A stretch of DNA of 58,744 nt, filler included, from Sphacelaria rigidula (GCA_964200075.2; 4 parts of 4 records of this genome joined end to end with filler, not necessarily neighbours in it), one strand, 5' to 3'. Counted from the first letter of the whole stretch, positions 36,930 through 51,400 are shown. Made by a program: numbers and translations. Notes: a model not told the origin generated them from the letters alone.

Positions 36930-37610
36930 TGACCAGGCTGCATTCAAAATTGGCAGAACGCGGTCGAAACACCGTCTTCGGTCACAATTCTTCCGGCACT
37001 CCAACCGGGGTCATGTGCCGCGCGCCTGTATGTTGAATGAAAACGGGGGACAGACGCAATCTCGCCTCGTACGGCCCACGCGCAACACGGTAATTATCCT
37101 CAACTCCACCTTGTACCCTCGCCTGACGGAAATTATAGAGGTATACCGGATCTGGCATTTATTTTTTTCAACACATGTTCTAGACTGCCCTTCCGACCCT
37201 CTCTAGTCGTAATGAACCATCCCAGGACCTATTGTACCTCCTACAGTCGGCGCGCACCCCTAACCAAACCACCGACAACAGCAACCACGCACTCGAAGAC
37301 TCGGTGATATATCCCTTTAGGCCCGTTGTTATGCACCCTACTATTGTCAGGAGGACTATCTACAAACGTATGCGGAGAAAAGAAACGCTAGATCCGGTAT
37401 AACCCTAGAATTTCCGTCAAGCGAGGATACATTGTGGATTTAAAGATAGTCTCTGTTTTGCACATGGACCGTATGATCCGAGACTGTGTTCCCTCGTTTT
37501 TGTTCAACTCACAGGCACAGCACATCCCCCCGGATAATGCGCCTGGAGAATTCCGACCGAAGAAGCAGGGTGTTTCTGGCGCGTTTTCCCAATTTTGAAC
37601 GTCTGGTCCG
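36930..37610. mobile_element. Foldback / long inverted-repeat element
   Basis: 36930-37160 is the degenerate reverse complement of 37383-37610, e.g. cctcgcctgacggaaattatagaggtataccggatct versus agatccggtataaccctagaatttccgtcaagcgagg. Confidence 0.75.
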
Positions 37611-40141
37611 AAATCGTACCTTTTTGAGGCAATGATGTGGAAGTTTGCCCTTTCTAGTCACAATTCCTTGCATTCCTACTGCTCTTTACTCGTCTGTACC
37701 AGTCAGTCCTGTTTACCTTGCCTCACCCCACCTTTGAAAATTGACCTGTGGTGTTTCCGCCTTGTTTCCGTCACATACTTTCACCCTTTTATATTTGTTG
37801 AAGGAAGGACTGTGGTGTTGTGAGTACATGTCTTTCCCGCATGCTGGTCTGTGTTGGTGTGTTTATGTGCACAAGGTATCTTGAAGTAGTTGGCAACTTC
37901 CACGCTCGTTTTAATATATGCTGACGCCCTAGCCATCACATGATCAATATGGCAGGTTTCCATCATGTCCAGCGATGGACACAAACGCGAGATGATCGAT
38001 CATATAACAGCTGGTCAGGCCATTTTTCGCCTCTGCTTCACTAGGGTGATATATTCCACGACGAAGCGTGAGCGGTGGATCACGGAGGCTCGCCTGTGAG
38101 AAATACGGGACGAAACACCGCGCGGTGTTTTCTGTCAAATATATCATTTCGTTTGCACGGGGAACTGTTGTGAAGCACTCGCACACAAGCCTGTGGGTGC
38201 AAATATAGGTAAATGAGATGATTGATATACGTTGCCATTTTGTTCTCGGGTCGTGCTTCACCGCCGGTGTTGTCGAATGGGTTTTTTTGGATAGCAAGTG
38301 AAAGGTTGATCCGCGTCTATCTCGGTTCACGCGTACTTCCGTGTCACCCACTTACCCCCGATGACACCCCCTTCCGGAGGAGTTCGGAGTCCCGGACTTT
38401 TTACCCATGCATTATGACGTTTTCCAAAATGCCGAAGTCCCACATCTTTCACCCATTTTGGGGGGGTCGACGTAGGGTCGATCTGAGGGTACCGGTGGCC
38501 AAATGATAAAAGTGGTAGGCTGAGCGCCGTCACCTCCCGAAATTCCCGCACCTCCGTCCCCGACAAGAATTATTTTTGTCGTGACCATTGCACTCTTATA
38601 ACAACGGAAGACCTAGTGACTTCAAAATACGAGCCAACAAACTCCGATCGGCGGTATCTGCGGAAGATCGGACTATAAAGGGCGCACACTGCTTACTTTA
38701 CCGTGCTTTTTTCACGAGAAAGCATGAATGTATTTAACTGTGCGTTGAACTGAGGGTAAAGTCTACATAGCAGCGAACAACGTTTTCACCAGATGGAGCG
38801 TCCAATATTCGATCGACAGTGGGTTGTACGATTCGCTCTAAGTTGGACAATATTCGTTTTTTGTGCTTTTCTTCCTTCAACAATGCCGTGTGCTTACAGC
38901 TACCTGCCGATATCCTACTCGGGGACATCAGAGGCTTCAGTGGCAAGCTAGTGCGTAAAGCGTATGAAACGTTGTAGAAGGCCTGGAGGGCATTGCGGAA
39001 TAAAAGTGTTTCGATCATTAATCGGCCATTTCTGGAAGTTCTGGAGTTCTAGATTTCTGCTGATGGCTAATGCGATAGAAGCATCCAGTACGTAGGATTC
39101 ATCCCATGGGTAAGAGCTGTCATCCCAGCTACTCCATCACTGACTCGGCGAGTTATTTCCCAACATTCACCAGTCGATCAACGGGTTAGACTTTCTAGTT
39201 TTTGAGTTCTCATTCCCATTAATTGCTAGGCACTCAGTCTAACGAAACGGTTGTTAGCAACAGTTTTGTGAGACAGAGCGGAAACTCAATCTCCCACGAT
39301 ACTTGACGCCACGTATTTCACTCAGCACGGCACTAGAATCCGAAATTGCAGTCACAATTTTTCGAAAATGTTCATTTATTTGCGCATTTCTGCTTATCTA
39401 TCTCTTGCAGCATTCCCCGTTCTCCTGTCTCCGTCAGCGAGTACCTCCGTTTGTTCATCGTGGGTATGTCTACCAAGTGACCACGACTGGATCCGTCGCG
39501 GATCAGGTATTGTACGAAATCAAACACCAACTATATCGCGCGCTATGGAGCGCATGCGCCCAACCCGCTTTGTGCTTGCCCAACAAACCAATGTGCATTT
39601 TCTGCAAGCAAAACCAGCTTTGAAAGCGTCGTGTAGTACATGGTTTGCGGATATTTCTCGAACGTCTGAGAGGTGTCCAAAAACACTTTTTTCCACTGTC
39701 GCTGGAAGCTGAAAAAAAAACGAACCCGAGCAAACTTCACATTCAGTGCCACGCCCTGTAAAATAACGTCATCTCTACTCGACGACGAGAATAAAAAACT
39801 GGATACACTTTCCACACGAAGGTTCATTCAGTTAGCGTCATCAGCATTAGCACGCTCATATTATGTGACGTCGGATCAACAGTTCGGGAGCTCGTCGACT
39901 TTCATCGAATCAGTGCATGTACATAAGCCATGCAGGCTTTCCGGTACAAGTGCCCAAGGTGCTGTGCCGTGCTTATGTGCACGTGAGCATCACCAGTTAA
40001 ATATACGCTAGATATAAACCACGTTCTCTGTAACGTTGATTATCGCGCTTCTGCATTCTCATACGGCAACTATATGGGTGCTATATCTTCACGAGACATG
40101 CCCACGTCCCACGAACCACAAACAACACGGATTTCCTGCAG

Positions 40142-40234
40142 GAAGCCGTGGCATTGAAGCAGGGGGAGTTGGAGGATGAAGAGCAGAGACTCGACGAGGC
40201 TCGCGAGGTCAAGAAACGGCTTCGATCTCATAAG
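40142..40234 (+). CDS. Candidate orphan exon, coiled-coil (EAVALKQGELEDEEQRLDEAREVKKRLRSHK)
   Basis: CTGCAG| acceptor and |GTGGGA donor; 93 nt, phase 0, open frame. Confidence 0.5.
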
Positions 40235-43200
40235 GTGGGACGCAAACACACAGACAACATTCCTCTAGACAACAGCAAAATGTGGCATTATTTTTCTCTC
40301 TTCAAAGCCAGGTTTCATTATATCAGTGATTCGGTTCGATACATCGGTTAGTCGGTTAGCTGATTGATGGTCTCCAACACACTAGTCATTCGCGGATGCA
40401 GCAGTGGGCTCACGATTGCAGTACCCGCAGGTGAATTATTGGAAGCCGCGCGCTAGACAAGACTCAATTGTTACTATTCAATACATTTGATTCTCACACA
40501 TCCTGTCCACTATGAAAGTTGAGCGGTGGCGGACAAAGCTACTACTGCGGTGAGGAATCATGAGTCTACTTTGTTTGTTCTGCCTTCCTGTCTTTCTTCA
40601 CTTTTCTTCCGCGAGCGTTTCAGTTTTATTTTGTCTCGGGTACGTCTATCATGTGGAAAATGACCACGACTGGATCCCCGGGGGAAACAGTTAGAGCACG
40701 ACATTCAATCAACCAATTTAATTAATCAAGATATGAAAGCGGGCGGAACAAGTACACGCCAGTTCGAGTTCGCGATGACTCCCCTCCTTTTTTTTCCCCC
40801 CTGTGCCAACGACCAGTGCTCGTCGTATATCTGCTCGACCAAATATAGGACCAATGACTAGCTTGTTGCGCAGAAACTCCCTGCCGCGCCATGTCGCTTA
40901 CAAAGGTAAAGCCGGTTGCTGAGAATGCACAGGCACTTTCCCAGAGGTACGATCGATTCCCGGAGGTACGATCGAGGGTTTCACGCAGTAATTTTTCATC
41001 CACTTTATCGTGATGGCGCACGCCATCGGAATGTCTCAATCACTTTGTTTTCCTTCACTCAATCCAAGCTTCACTCACTCTCATGCCAACAGCGCATTAT
41101 TACGCTCGGAATTTTTGCCTCGTCGAGCCCTTCGTCAGAAGATAGCACACACGGCACAAAACCCGCGCTAGATTCCTTTACATCCCCGACGAGATCTTCG
41201 CTAATGCGGACGCATCTTCGCTGTTGTACAGTACTGGTAGAATTGATGTTTCGGGGGCGTGTATGGTGTCCAGCTTCTTCCCCCGGTTGGTGATCAACTT
41301 GACCAGGAGATCGGACGTGTTTGCCATGGTCAAAAACCCCTGATCTTCTCGTGCCGATGTTCTCACACCATTGATCGATCGGTGTTTGACTAGTTGGCTG
41401 TCTCACACGAACTTCTCCGCTGCGAACCTGGGAATGGTCACGATGTAGACATACCCGATACTTGAAGGCAGGAGAAGGGGGCACTCACTGAGAGATACGG
41501 GGGGGAAAGGGAGAATAATGAATACAGAGAAAACACACGAAAAAATTACAAAGGTACAATATGTCGAGGTATTAGAGCTGACAGAGACGTAAGGCAAAAA
41601 AGCAACATGTCCTGCCGCCGCAAATATCCCCCATTTGCCCTCGTGGGAGCTCAACACGTACGTCGGTACCAAGAAGGAAGGTCCAACTGTAAACGCATTG
41701 CATTTTTTCTGGCACCATTAATCGCGCTCTCTTCGGGAGCAGAATATCTTTCAATCATTTGGCAAACCGTACGCTCACCCGCACTGCACATAGACTGTTT
41801 CGTATGTAACCTTCACGTCGCGTTTCAATTACACCGTGAGAAAGCTTGCCTAAGGATGCGGTTACCGTATCATGCGTCCCAATCCGTTCCTACGGCCTTC
41901 CCTTTCGTGCATTTTTCTCTCTGGGACCCTTGAGACAGGCTAGTGAGGTCTCCGCCGGAGCGTTCTCAGTCTGGCGTCTATAGTCACATTTATTAATGAT
42001 ACTATCTCTTCGTTTGCTCTTGGCTGATCTTGTCAAAATGCTTTCGATGTTTTTCGGCGCGCGTCTCGGAGTGTTCATCTTCGATGCGTACGTCTATCTT
42101 GTGACTGCGGTCAAACTCGTGTAGAATCACCTACCTGGTGCTATGCAACCGTTTCATCAGTGAACATTAAAAAATGACGAAGGCGGTATGCAACAAATAT
42201 CTGTTTAGGGTATAAAGTACTGCCACCCAGTCACCGTCTGAGGTCACATGAGTAGGATTGCCAGTTATCGTGCTAGCACATGTGGCCTGTTTGGTGTAAC
42301 TGAGTAGGTGGCTCACTGATGACTAATGGCTGACTCTCACCTGCATCCAATTGGACTTTGTACTGTATGCAGATATGTTTTCCTTCGTGATGTAGCCCAT
42401 AGCTTTAATTTATGTAATTACACGATGGCGGGTAGTATCCGTGGCACGGCGCACAGCTTGTTTCGTCGGTTTGCACTGAGTACGCACTATTCATATCGCT
42501 CCAGGAGGTACGTTTTGATGAGCTACGTTTACATTTTAGAAGTTACCGTGCCGACAGTGCTTTTCTCATATATATATATATATATATAATATATATGTGT
42601 GTGTTGGATCAATCTTCAAGAATGGTTCCTGAAGGGACAGGGCCTGTTGCCAGGATATGGATGGAAGGGGAGAAACACATACCTGTGGTTCATGGCGTAT
42701 GAATGGAATGTAAGGAACATCTGCCAACGATCGATGCTGCATGAATACAAGATGCGAGACATGAAATTGTGATTCGTAACATACCAATGGAAGATGGGAA
42801 ACGTGTACCTTCGATGGTGTACCGCACGAATCACGAACTGGGAATGTATACACTCCAAGTAGTGCCGTACGAATCACGAATCTAAATCATGTACAAATCA
42901 CAACTTGAATACGAGTCGTGTCATTGATTCGTCCGGACCGTGTATTGTACGGGGTAATTCGTCGAGGTCGTTCGATAAAGCGGGGTCTTATAGCATTACG
43001 AGGCCAATTCTTTATTGATTGTCGGGCTTGTTCGATTTCTCGTCCCGGCTGACATACTCTGCAATCTATGGTGAATGGATGGAAGAGTCTACGACGGCAA
43101 TAAAGCGGAGCAACCGAAGCGCGTGGAAAAAATGTCATTTGTCGGAGATATTCCTGTGAAACGTCTCGAGAACGGTGCCCTGGAGCCGTTTATATGGGTA

Positions 43201-43447
43201 TATCAAACAGCCCCGTCTCCAGAAGCTATACTATACTGAGTACGGTAGGTACTAATCCACGTTTATCTTCCATGCTGGTGGGTCTCTTCTTTTCTGTCCC
43301 ACCAATACGTGCTATTTCGGTTTGTTATTTTGGCATCCTCGTGTCGTTCTATTTATCTTCCGCTCAACCGCACTGACCGCTTTTCTCGCGGTTTTCTCTT
43401 GCTCTCCCCTCCCTCCCGTCTCCCCTTATTTTGGCGTATCATCGTAG

Positions 43448-43540
43448 GCAAGCATGTCACAAATTAAGTCTAGAATGCAGCGGCTGGTCGAAGGCTTGGA
43501 CTCTCCTGGCGACCTGGACAGTGCCATGGAAGGCTTAGAG
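43448..43540 (+). CDS. Candidate orphan exon (ASMSQIKSRMQRLVEGLDSPGDLDSAMEGLE)
   Basis: Long pyrimidine tract with CGTAG| acceptor and |GTACAG donor; 93 nt, phase 0. Probably the same gene as 40142-40234. Confidence 0.5.
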
Positions 43541-43775
43541 GTACAGCGGTAATACTGCACCAACTAAGACGAACTTGGCGATATGGCATGCGTTTTTGAT
43601 TCGTCCCCAACTCACCATTTAAGGCGAAAGGTTTCCTATTGTCGACAGTACTGGCATCAAGGCTGGTTCAGCTGTGCGCGTGTGATTTTGGCTTCTGCCA
43701 CCTATGCTGTCTTTTTGCGGGCAAGCCACAGTACTCCTCAAATGCCCACGCACTACGTATATTCCGCCAAATTAT

Positions 43776-43846
43776 GCTTTTGTCGTGACTCGAATCCACG
43801 CGATCCGCCCGTACTAGCGCTGACGTTCCAACTAGAACGTCGGGGC
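43776..43846 (-). mobile_element. tRNA-like head of a second SINE family (degenerate)
   Basis: Minus strand gccccgacgttctagttggaacgtc...gtggattcgagtcacgac has A-box-like and B-box-like motifs. Confidence 0.4.
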
Positions 43847-44035
43847 ACATATGGTATATTCCCTTGTGAAGACATGTGGAAAGTCAGACGCGAAAAAGAC
43901 ATTGTATGGTAGGGGAAGCGTGCTTTGATCCGAGGCGTACCGTTATCGGGGATGAAGACGAGCCGATACGAGCTGGGCCAGCCCAGAAACGGATTTAACC
44001 TGGCAGAGCAATATCTCATCACCGGAAACGAATTG

Positions 44036-44135
44036 NNNNNNNNNNNNNNNNNNNNNNNNNNNNNNNNNNNNNNNNNNNNTTAATTAATTAANNNNNNNNN
44101 NNNNNNNNNNNNNNNNNNNNNNNNNNNNNNNNNNN
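44036..44135. other. Artificial scaffold linker
   Basis: Same structure as 14616-14715. Confidence 0.97.
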
Positions 44136-45477
44136 CAGAATGAGGTTTTCGGGAAATTGGGGGGGTGAACACCGTTTTCCAGTCTGTAGGGCCCCTTGGT
44201 CTCGTACCAAGGTTGCTTCTCCAGGCTCGGAAATCCGAGTTATGTGGCGAGACATGCGTCATACGCCAATCCTACTTCCAACTCATGAGGTGACGTATCC
44301 GTCATGTCAGATTGTTAATCGCTCGTGGAAAACGAAGAGTGGTCAGGATTCAACCACTTTCTCCCATACCTCGTAGAAATGATATGCCCAGAAACGTAGT
44401 AAAGCAACTCCGGAATCGTTTCCATTTTGACTCAAAAGTTCAATCAAAAGTTCTGTATACACCAAATACAAGGAGTGTCGACACGGCCCTGCAACTCAAC
44501 ATGGCGACCTCCTGAACTGGACAAACGCGTGGGACCGCTCCATTAGTCAAATACTCTGTAAGGGCAATGGATGAACTTGGTTCACTCCGAAGCGATGCGG
44601 TTCTTACATCATCGCTCTCGGCCTTCATTGTCGAAATATTTTCACGACTTGGGACGCTCGACATCCACGATAAAAGTGTGGCACACACGTACTGCACTGT
44701 CGTGAAGTGCAATTAGACAACAGCTGCCTGCGTCGACAAGCTTTGAAGGATGGGGACCGAGGGCGTTGTTCATCAGCCGGAGGTAATGTGCTGGTGTGCG
44801 GACTCACGTTCAACCCTCAGAACGCGATGCGGGTAGTCCATCTGGATGACATACTTTTTCCAAGTTGGAATGATACATTTCACAGAACTTACTCTGGCGG
44901 TCAAGGGGAGGAGTACATCTCAAGTACGCCCCAGTTCAAATTATGACATGTCAGTCATGAACACTCACCCGGGGTAGAAGCAAGGAAACGAACTCTCTGT
45001 CGTAGTATATCGATAAGGCAGTGTTACCAGAGCTTCACGGGGGTCATCTTCAATAACGGTCTTGGATAGGTGACAGTGCACGCCAAAGTAACCCATATGG
45101 GTACCATTTCTAGCTCACAGCGCTGTCTTTGATGGGCTTTACGGAGCACCCGATCATCCGACAATGTGTGACGGCATAAGGAGGAGTCCTGCTGAGCAGG
45201 TCACGAAAAAAATGTGTTTCCTTCCTGTTTTCATCAAGCAGGTCCCTCTGATTCCCAGTACTAGTCGAGATAAAAGTACCACACCACTACCCGTACAAGG
45301 CAGAACCGAGGTACCACACCACCACGAAACACCGCAACGATTAACAAGCGGGCTCACGCGCCCCTCCCAGAACGCGACGCCCGTTCTTCATCCTCTCCGT
45401 TACAGCGTTGCAGACGATTGAACCCCAAGCAAGCGATCGATAGGCATTAACTAAAATTAAGCATGCCATCAAATGCT

Positions 45478-48400
45478 TTACTCGTCGGACTCCTCGTCGT
45501 CGCCCCCACCGCCAGCGGCGGCCTTGCTGGCCGCACGCTTGCGCGACACGCGCCCAGGTCTGCCCTGGCCATAAGGCGACGTGATCGAGAAGTCGATGTG
45601 CTTCTCCGAGTCCATACGCACCATGAACTGCGGGACGTTCACCAGCTGCTTCCCGACGCTGGAGAATAATCGAGACACGGGAGGAATAATTGTTCACGGA
45701 CTGGATTCGATGGTGAAAATAGGAACGATCGTGGCAGAAAAGCCACCGTTGTTCACCAGTGAAATTCATCACTCGATCGAACACAGCAGACGCGGGGATC
45801 TGCAGAACGGTTTTTCACACCACTAAAAGCTAACATACTAACTCGCGTACATGTGATACCATCACCCTCAACAGCGTGAGAAGGCTTTGCCAAAATGATT
45901 CGATTGGAAAAAAGAAACGATCACGTGGGAATTCCAACATCAACAAGACATATCTCACCGGATGTGGCGGTGCTTGATAAGAACGCGGGCATGGTGGATG
46001 GACTTGGCCAGTCCTTGCTTGAAAACCTGCGGACACGATCGACGAGAACCGACTCAGCGCACGATCATATATGTGTCTAGTACGCCGATTGGCCAAGAGT
46101 AGGTAGAGGCGAGTAATTCGTACGAATAGACAGGAAGTCTCCTCACCATTCCCAGCACTCGCGTCCGTTCACAACACACCCCTGCCCGAAACCACGCAAA
46201 AAATGAAAAAAAAAATGCGGAATCCGGGAGTCGAGAACACTCGCGGGATCATCAGCATCGGAAGCCATCCCGTGGGGAGACTGATACTTCGAAGGCTCAT
46301 CAACATAATTTATTGACGAGTCTCAAGTGGGCGTATGTGGTCGTAGCACTGTAACCAACTTGCTGGCCATTAACAACTCTCCTCTGCTGTAAATGATGTC
46401 CTTGAGAACACAGCACGACTGAAAATGGACCCGAAGGTGGACATGCAGGTGTTCCCAGTCGTGGCCATCTTCGCCAGGGAAATAGATGAACGAACAACAG
46501 GGTCACCACAACGCTGCATTTCACGAACACACCCGGATCCGCGACGACTTCCGACAGAAGACATCGGTGTATCTCAAGCGGCATTTCCATTGAGGAAAAA
46601 AAATCCAGTAAGGAAAAATGTTCTACTCCGATCATGCCTAGGACAGATGACTTCGTCATCCAGTCGCTGCCGGTGCCAGTGCAAAACAGTAACACCCCCA
46701 TGCCCAGTGTCAGACGTGGCATGCACGAAGTTCTCCAGGTCCATGTCCCGATCATACGTAGATGCTACCCCTACCTTGGTTTGAAGCCTCCGCTCAAGCA
46801 TCTTTTCAGTGGTGAGCTGGAGCACGAAGTCGAGTTCCTTCTCGTCCTCGCCAAGGAGTCCAAATCGGGTCATGCGGCGAAGCAAAGCGGGTCCCTCAAA
46901 CAGACGTTTGGGGTCTTTAGGGTCCAGAGTGAGGAGCTGACGGGCAGCCTATTCGCCAAAACCCCAACGATCGGCAGATGAAATTCCGGGTGGAGTGTCA
47001 ACACGAGCAACGCATCAAAGGAGCAGACGGATTTTGATTTGTGATCGCACGGCATTTCGGTCTCAGACCGCGTGAAGCAAAGGTATCAACAGACTCGACA
47101 AACCCAAAAGCGGGATGAGCGAGCAGTTTTGAACTCTTTGAAGTGCGGGGACAGTTTACAGGGACGCCCGAAGAGCAGCAATTAGATTCCATGTGAATGG
47201 TTTCGTGGCGTGTCTCGATTCGGAAACTCACGTGTAGCGTGTAAACGTACCACACGTCGAACACATCATTTTCTAGGGACCCAGATCATACAGGTGGAGT
47301 GAAAACATTGATGTACATAATTCGAATGACACGAGGCGACTACTCATGGAACGGTCCGCGTGTTCCGGGGATCATCTACAAGGAAGGAGGTACCTTGTAC
47401 GAGTATAGAGGAAACACGGGTCGTTGTTGACGCTTCGAGTACACCTTATTCGGATTGCATCGGTGTGCCCAAGGAGATCATGTACGAATAGACTATACAA
47501 ATCACCAAAGCCAGGGGTGTTTCAACCTTCGTGTCAAACGGGTCACCATCATGCAAACTTGTATAAGTCACACGGGTCATACACTCCATCCACCACGCCA
47601 TTTGTGGAGCAGCCAGGTTCTTCAGTTATCACCCAAGAAACGGGTGTAGGTTGAAGAGATCACACGGATACGGATCAACCGCAGATCCCAAGAGTTATAT
47701 GCCTGATCATCGAGCAGGCTTGAGAAGATACGCATGCTCCATCAACCGCCGGCACTTCCCGCGTCGATGAATCTTTTTTGGAATCTTCATCAGACGCTGG
47801 CCGAAAAACGTCATGATGAGCCAATTGGGCATCAGCATTTGTATCGTGTTTTTTCCTTTTCCCGCCGAGCTCCATTGTACACCCCGACCGAGGAAATATG
47901 AAAACAGTCGTCCATGCTGCCGCTGGCATTTGTGCGCTGTGGATCGTCGGATGCCACAACAGGGCACGGCTTGGGGAGAAAATGTGCGCCTCTAGAGTGG
48001 AACCACTCGAAATGAATATGCACCGTTGATGTTTCACGTGGGCTGCTACAGTCAACCTACGGACTCAAGTAATCATGCCTTGTACCCCGGCCATACGGTT
48101 AGCATATGAGGAGGACTGAATATTGTTCACCTGAAACTTGATCCAGATCTCATGGGTGCGGGAATCTGTGTTTTGTAAACCAGATTTAGATTCCGTAGGT
48201 GGGGGATAGTTCATGGTTGGTATACACGAGATTTAAATCGCGTGGGTCGACGGGAAGCTACTGCGCTTGCTCAATACTTAGACTGCGGAACTGGATTTCC
48301 TGTATCATGCATACTTCTCTTCACCTGAAATTGATGCCGATTCAACAAATGACCAACCTCACGGTTCAAGGGTTAAATCGAGATAGTGAATACCAACGAT

Positions 48401-51400
48401 GTGAAATGATGCTCGACGGGAAAAGGTCAGTTGTACTAGCTGAGCCAGCTGAAAAGCGGCCACACGTTGTCCATGTCACAGCTTTCCCAGTTTCCCGAAT
48501 AAAACCGATGTAAGCACATCACTGTAAACTGCAGCCCGACGTGATGATAGAGGACTGCGTCGCTGTTCGATTGGTGTTAGATCACCGATAACGTTTTTGT
48601 ACTGCGTAGAGTAGGGAGTTCGTTTTATATTGTTGAGTGATGGCGTGTCAAAGTGGCTTTTTCCATGGAGGCGGTGGACTCACGTCAGCAATCACCCCGG
48701 GCTGAGCATATTAAAAGGTCGACACCCGCAGTCACCCGCTGAGACGGTACTCGTGGTAGAGGAGGATGGCACAAATAACTGCCATGGCGGAAAAAAAATG
48801 TGTCGGAATTCGAGCTCGTGGCCCACGTGACTCAAGTCTGCTATATGACTTCCACCACTGGGGTGCAGCAGCGTCACGCCAAACGTTGCACGCACGGCCC
48901 GATTAGACGATCCTGGTGCTCAAATTCGAAGCAAGACTTTTTGCACACAAAAATAAATACATTGCGGGGGCAGCTGTGAATTCTCGTTTCTCCCTGGACT
49001 TGCGACGTCATCTTATTTCTGCTGAAATTTTATATCCCCGTACCGTCTTTCTTTTTCGTTCTATTCTGCTCTCGACATGTTCGGCACGTCGACTATGATG
49101 AGCTGTAGTCAAAATTTCAGTGTCTAGCTCCTAATTTTACTCAATGCGTCGCCTGAGAGAGAAAACGACCTACTGTTTGCCGGCCGAGCTCGTACACGAC
49201 ACAGTGTGCATCGGGTCGTACAGCTCGTCGTCTCTCCTGTACAACTTCGATATCTCTCACAACAGCGTCATCGAGTGCAGCTATTATTTTTCATCCCCCC
49301 TCGCAACTCCTCCCGTTTCTCGGGACGTGCGGGGCCTCCAGTAATCATTTCATATCTTTTTAGGAGCTGTACGCTTCTGGTACTGCGGTTTGGATCACAA
49401 TTCCGCACCGGGTCAACCGTCATCCGACACACCCGACCAAGAAGATACGTTATCATTGCTCACATCCCCTGGCTTTTACCGACGGAATTTAGACCACTTT
49501 CAGTGAAAAACCCAAACTGCACGCATCTGGAAGAAATTTAACCCGCATCGTTTCCCGCCCAGTGTGTCGGCTGTGCCATTGAACAACCGAGGCGCTGCAG
49601 TATAAGAATCAGGTATCATATCTGAAACCTTCCGCCGATGGGCGTGAGAAAGTGCCGCCAGGCTCCGTGCAATTTTTGACCAAGCTGAAAGTTGATCGTA
49701 TTAGCATCACATGTCGCTCGACTTTCCTGGAAATTTCCCGAGTGATAGAAAGAACGCGTAGCTTTTCTTCAACGCCTTCTTACGAATCAACACATGTTAA
49801 ATAGTACTCCGAATCCGACGCCATCCGAGTGAGACCGCTGGGGTGAGTATGACGAAATCACCAGTAACTTGGCCGTTGAAAGTGGGCGGTAGCAGCAAAC
49901 ACCCCGACACGATTGCATGCTGGGAATTCATTTCCAGAAATGACAGTCTACACCTCATGATGGAGTGAAATTTGACCGCGACTTTCACCTTCCGGATTTT
50001 GGCTAGCGCAAACTGCACGCGCCAGATTTCGCGCTTGCATCGGAGGCCATACTCGCCGCAGAGCTTCAGCTCCGAGTCCAGGCGCTCTTTCTCAAAAGGT
50101 CGCCTGGGGGTCTTGAAGGTTTTCCGGTCTGTTCAAAGTTGATTCAGACAATTGCACGGCGTTAGGATTATCTCGCGTTGCTTAGTGAGTGATTGAGGAC
50201 ACGCGGGGTTGAAATTCCAAGCAACTGAATGATGTTGAATTCAAGGCAAGTTCCGCGAGAGAAGACCCCGACAGTACAATGGGGAAGGCATACGCCATTC
50301 AATAGTGCATGGGAGTTATTTCTGGCAGCGATTGGGACTTTCAAGCGTTGTGTGGCGCATGCCCACAGGCCACTGTACCGTTTTCTTGCGATAACATTAC
50401 ATAATATCAGCATCGTCCTGAGGCATTGTCGTCACCAGGCCTTGCTGAAACGCCCCTTGACTCTTTCGACGACTCACGGACTCTTTCGACGAATAGTCGT
50501 CAGTTATGCTGGAGGTTACGGTCACGCGGGACAGGAGGCGATGTATGAGGTCCAGATCTCATAAAACAGCGTATGCTGCATCGTGTTGATCCTACCCGTG
50601 CAGGGCATTACTAGGGTGTGAAACAGCTGTGTAATCGTTTCGAGGCATCGGCACCAGGCATGACTTGCAGTAGCTCCACTAACTGTTGAATCGAATGTGC
50701 TTTCTTAGTTGCTGGAAATGGGCCGCTGCATGCCATTATTTTCGGGAACAAAGACTCCTCTCGAAATGAGCTGTACTGGTAGTACGGCACGCCCTCCTTG
50801 CCACTAGGAGACAGACCGACGTATGGGGCAAGGCATAGACTCAACGAACGCATGGTTGCTATACTAGACACAACCGCGAGGTACAGCAGTCGAGTACACC
50901 AATCCAAGCATTCGCCGGAGGCCTGGGGCTGTTGTCACCAGCATCAAAGACCGTCAGATAGGGAAATGCATTTCAAACAAGGCAAGCATCATGCTACCCC
51001 TGCTCCAGAGGACCACATTCCGTCTGGGTTGTGTTGCAGCCACAGCCCACTACAAAGCTTTCGTCATCCCCAACAGTACAGTACTGTACTGTACTCAAGT
51101 ATCCGAGTATTATCATACTCTACTGTGCAGCTGGGCAAAGTACAGAGTCACAGCTGGAGTGTCGCAAATCAGATGTTTTTGCAAGTATCAATGAACCAAG
51201 AAAAGCCGAGGAAGGCACGGTGACGGGCGCCGGATATAGACGATCGACAGGAATACCTAGTCAGAGCGCCCCAGTCCTACTGACATGAGAACACGAGCAA
51301 CTTCGAGCAGTGTCCAAAATGACACAACTCACAGCGTAAACCATGCAACTCTCGGGCACCGTACGAGCTACAGCAAACAGAATTTTGCAAACTCTACACA

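Noticed and set aside
8400..44515. One long plus-strand coiled-coil gene built from candidate exons near 8400, 9883, 15578, 28621, 40142 and 43448 (with a faint CENP-K-like feel)
   Set aside because: The exons lie on different, unrelated scaffolds, and the similarity is generic coiled-coil composition.
46250..46303. Box C/D snoRNA in an RPS9 intron (TGATGA...CTGA on the minus strand); similar weak pairs near 48427-48522 and 50954-50992
   Set aside because: Too short or imperfect boxes, no terminal stem and no recognisable rRNA-complementary guide; would need snoscan/Infernal.
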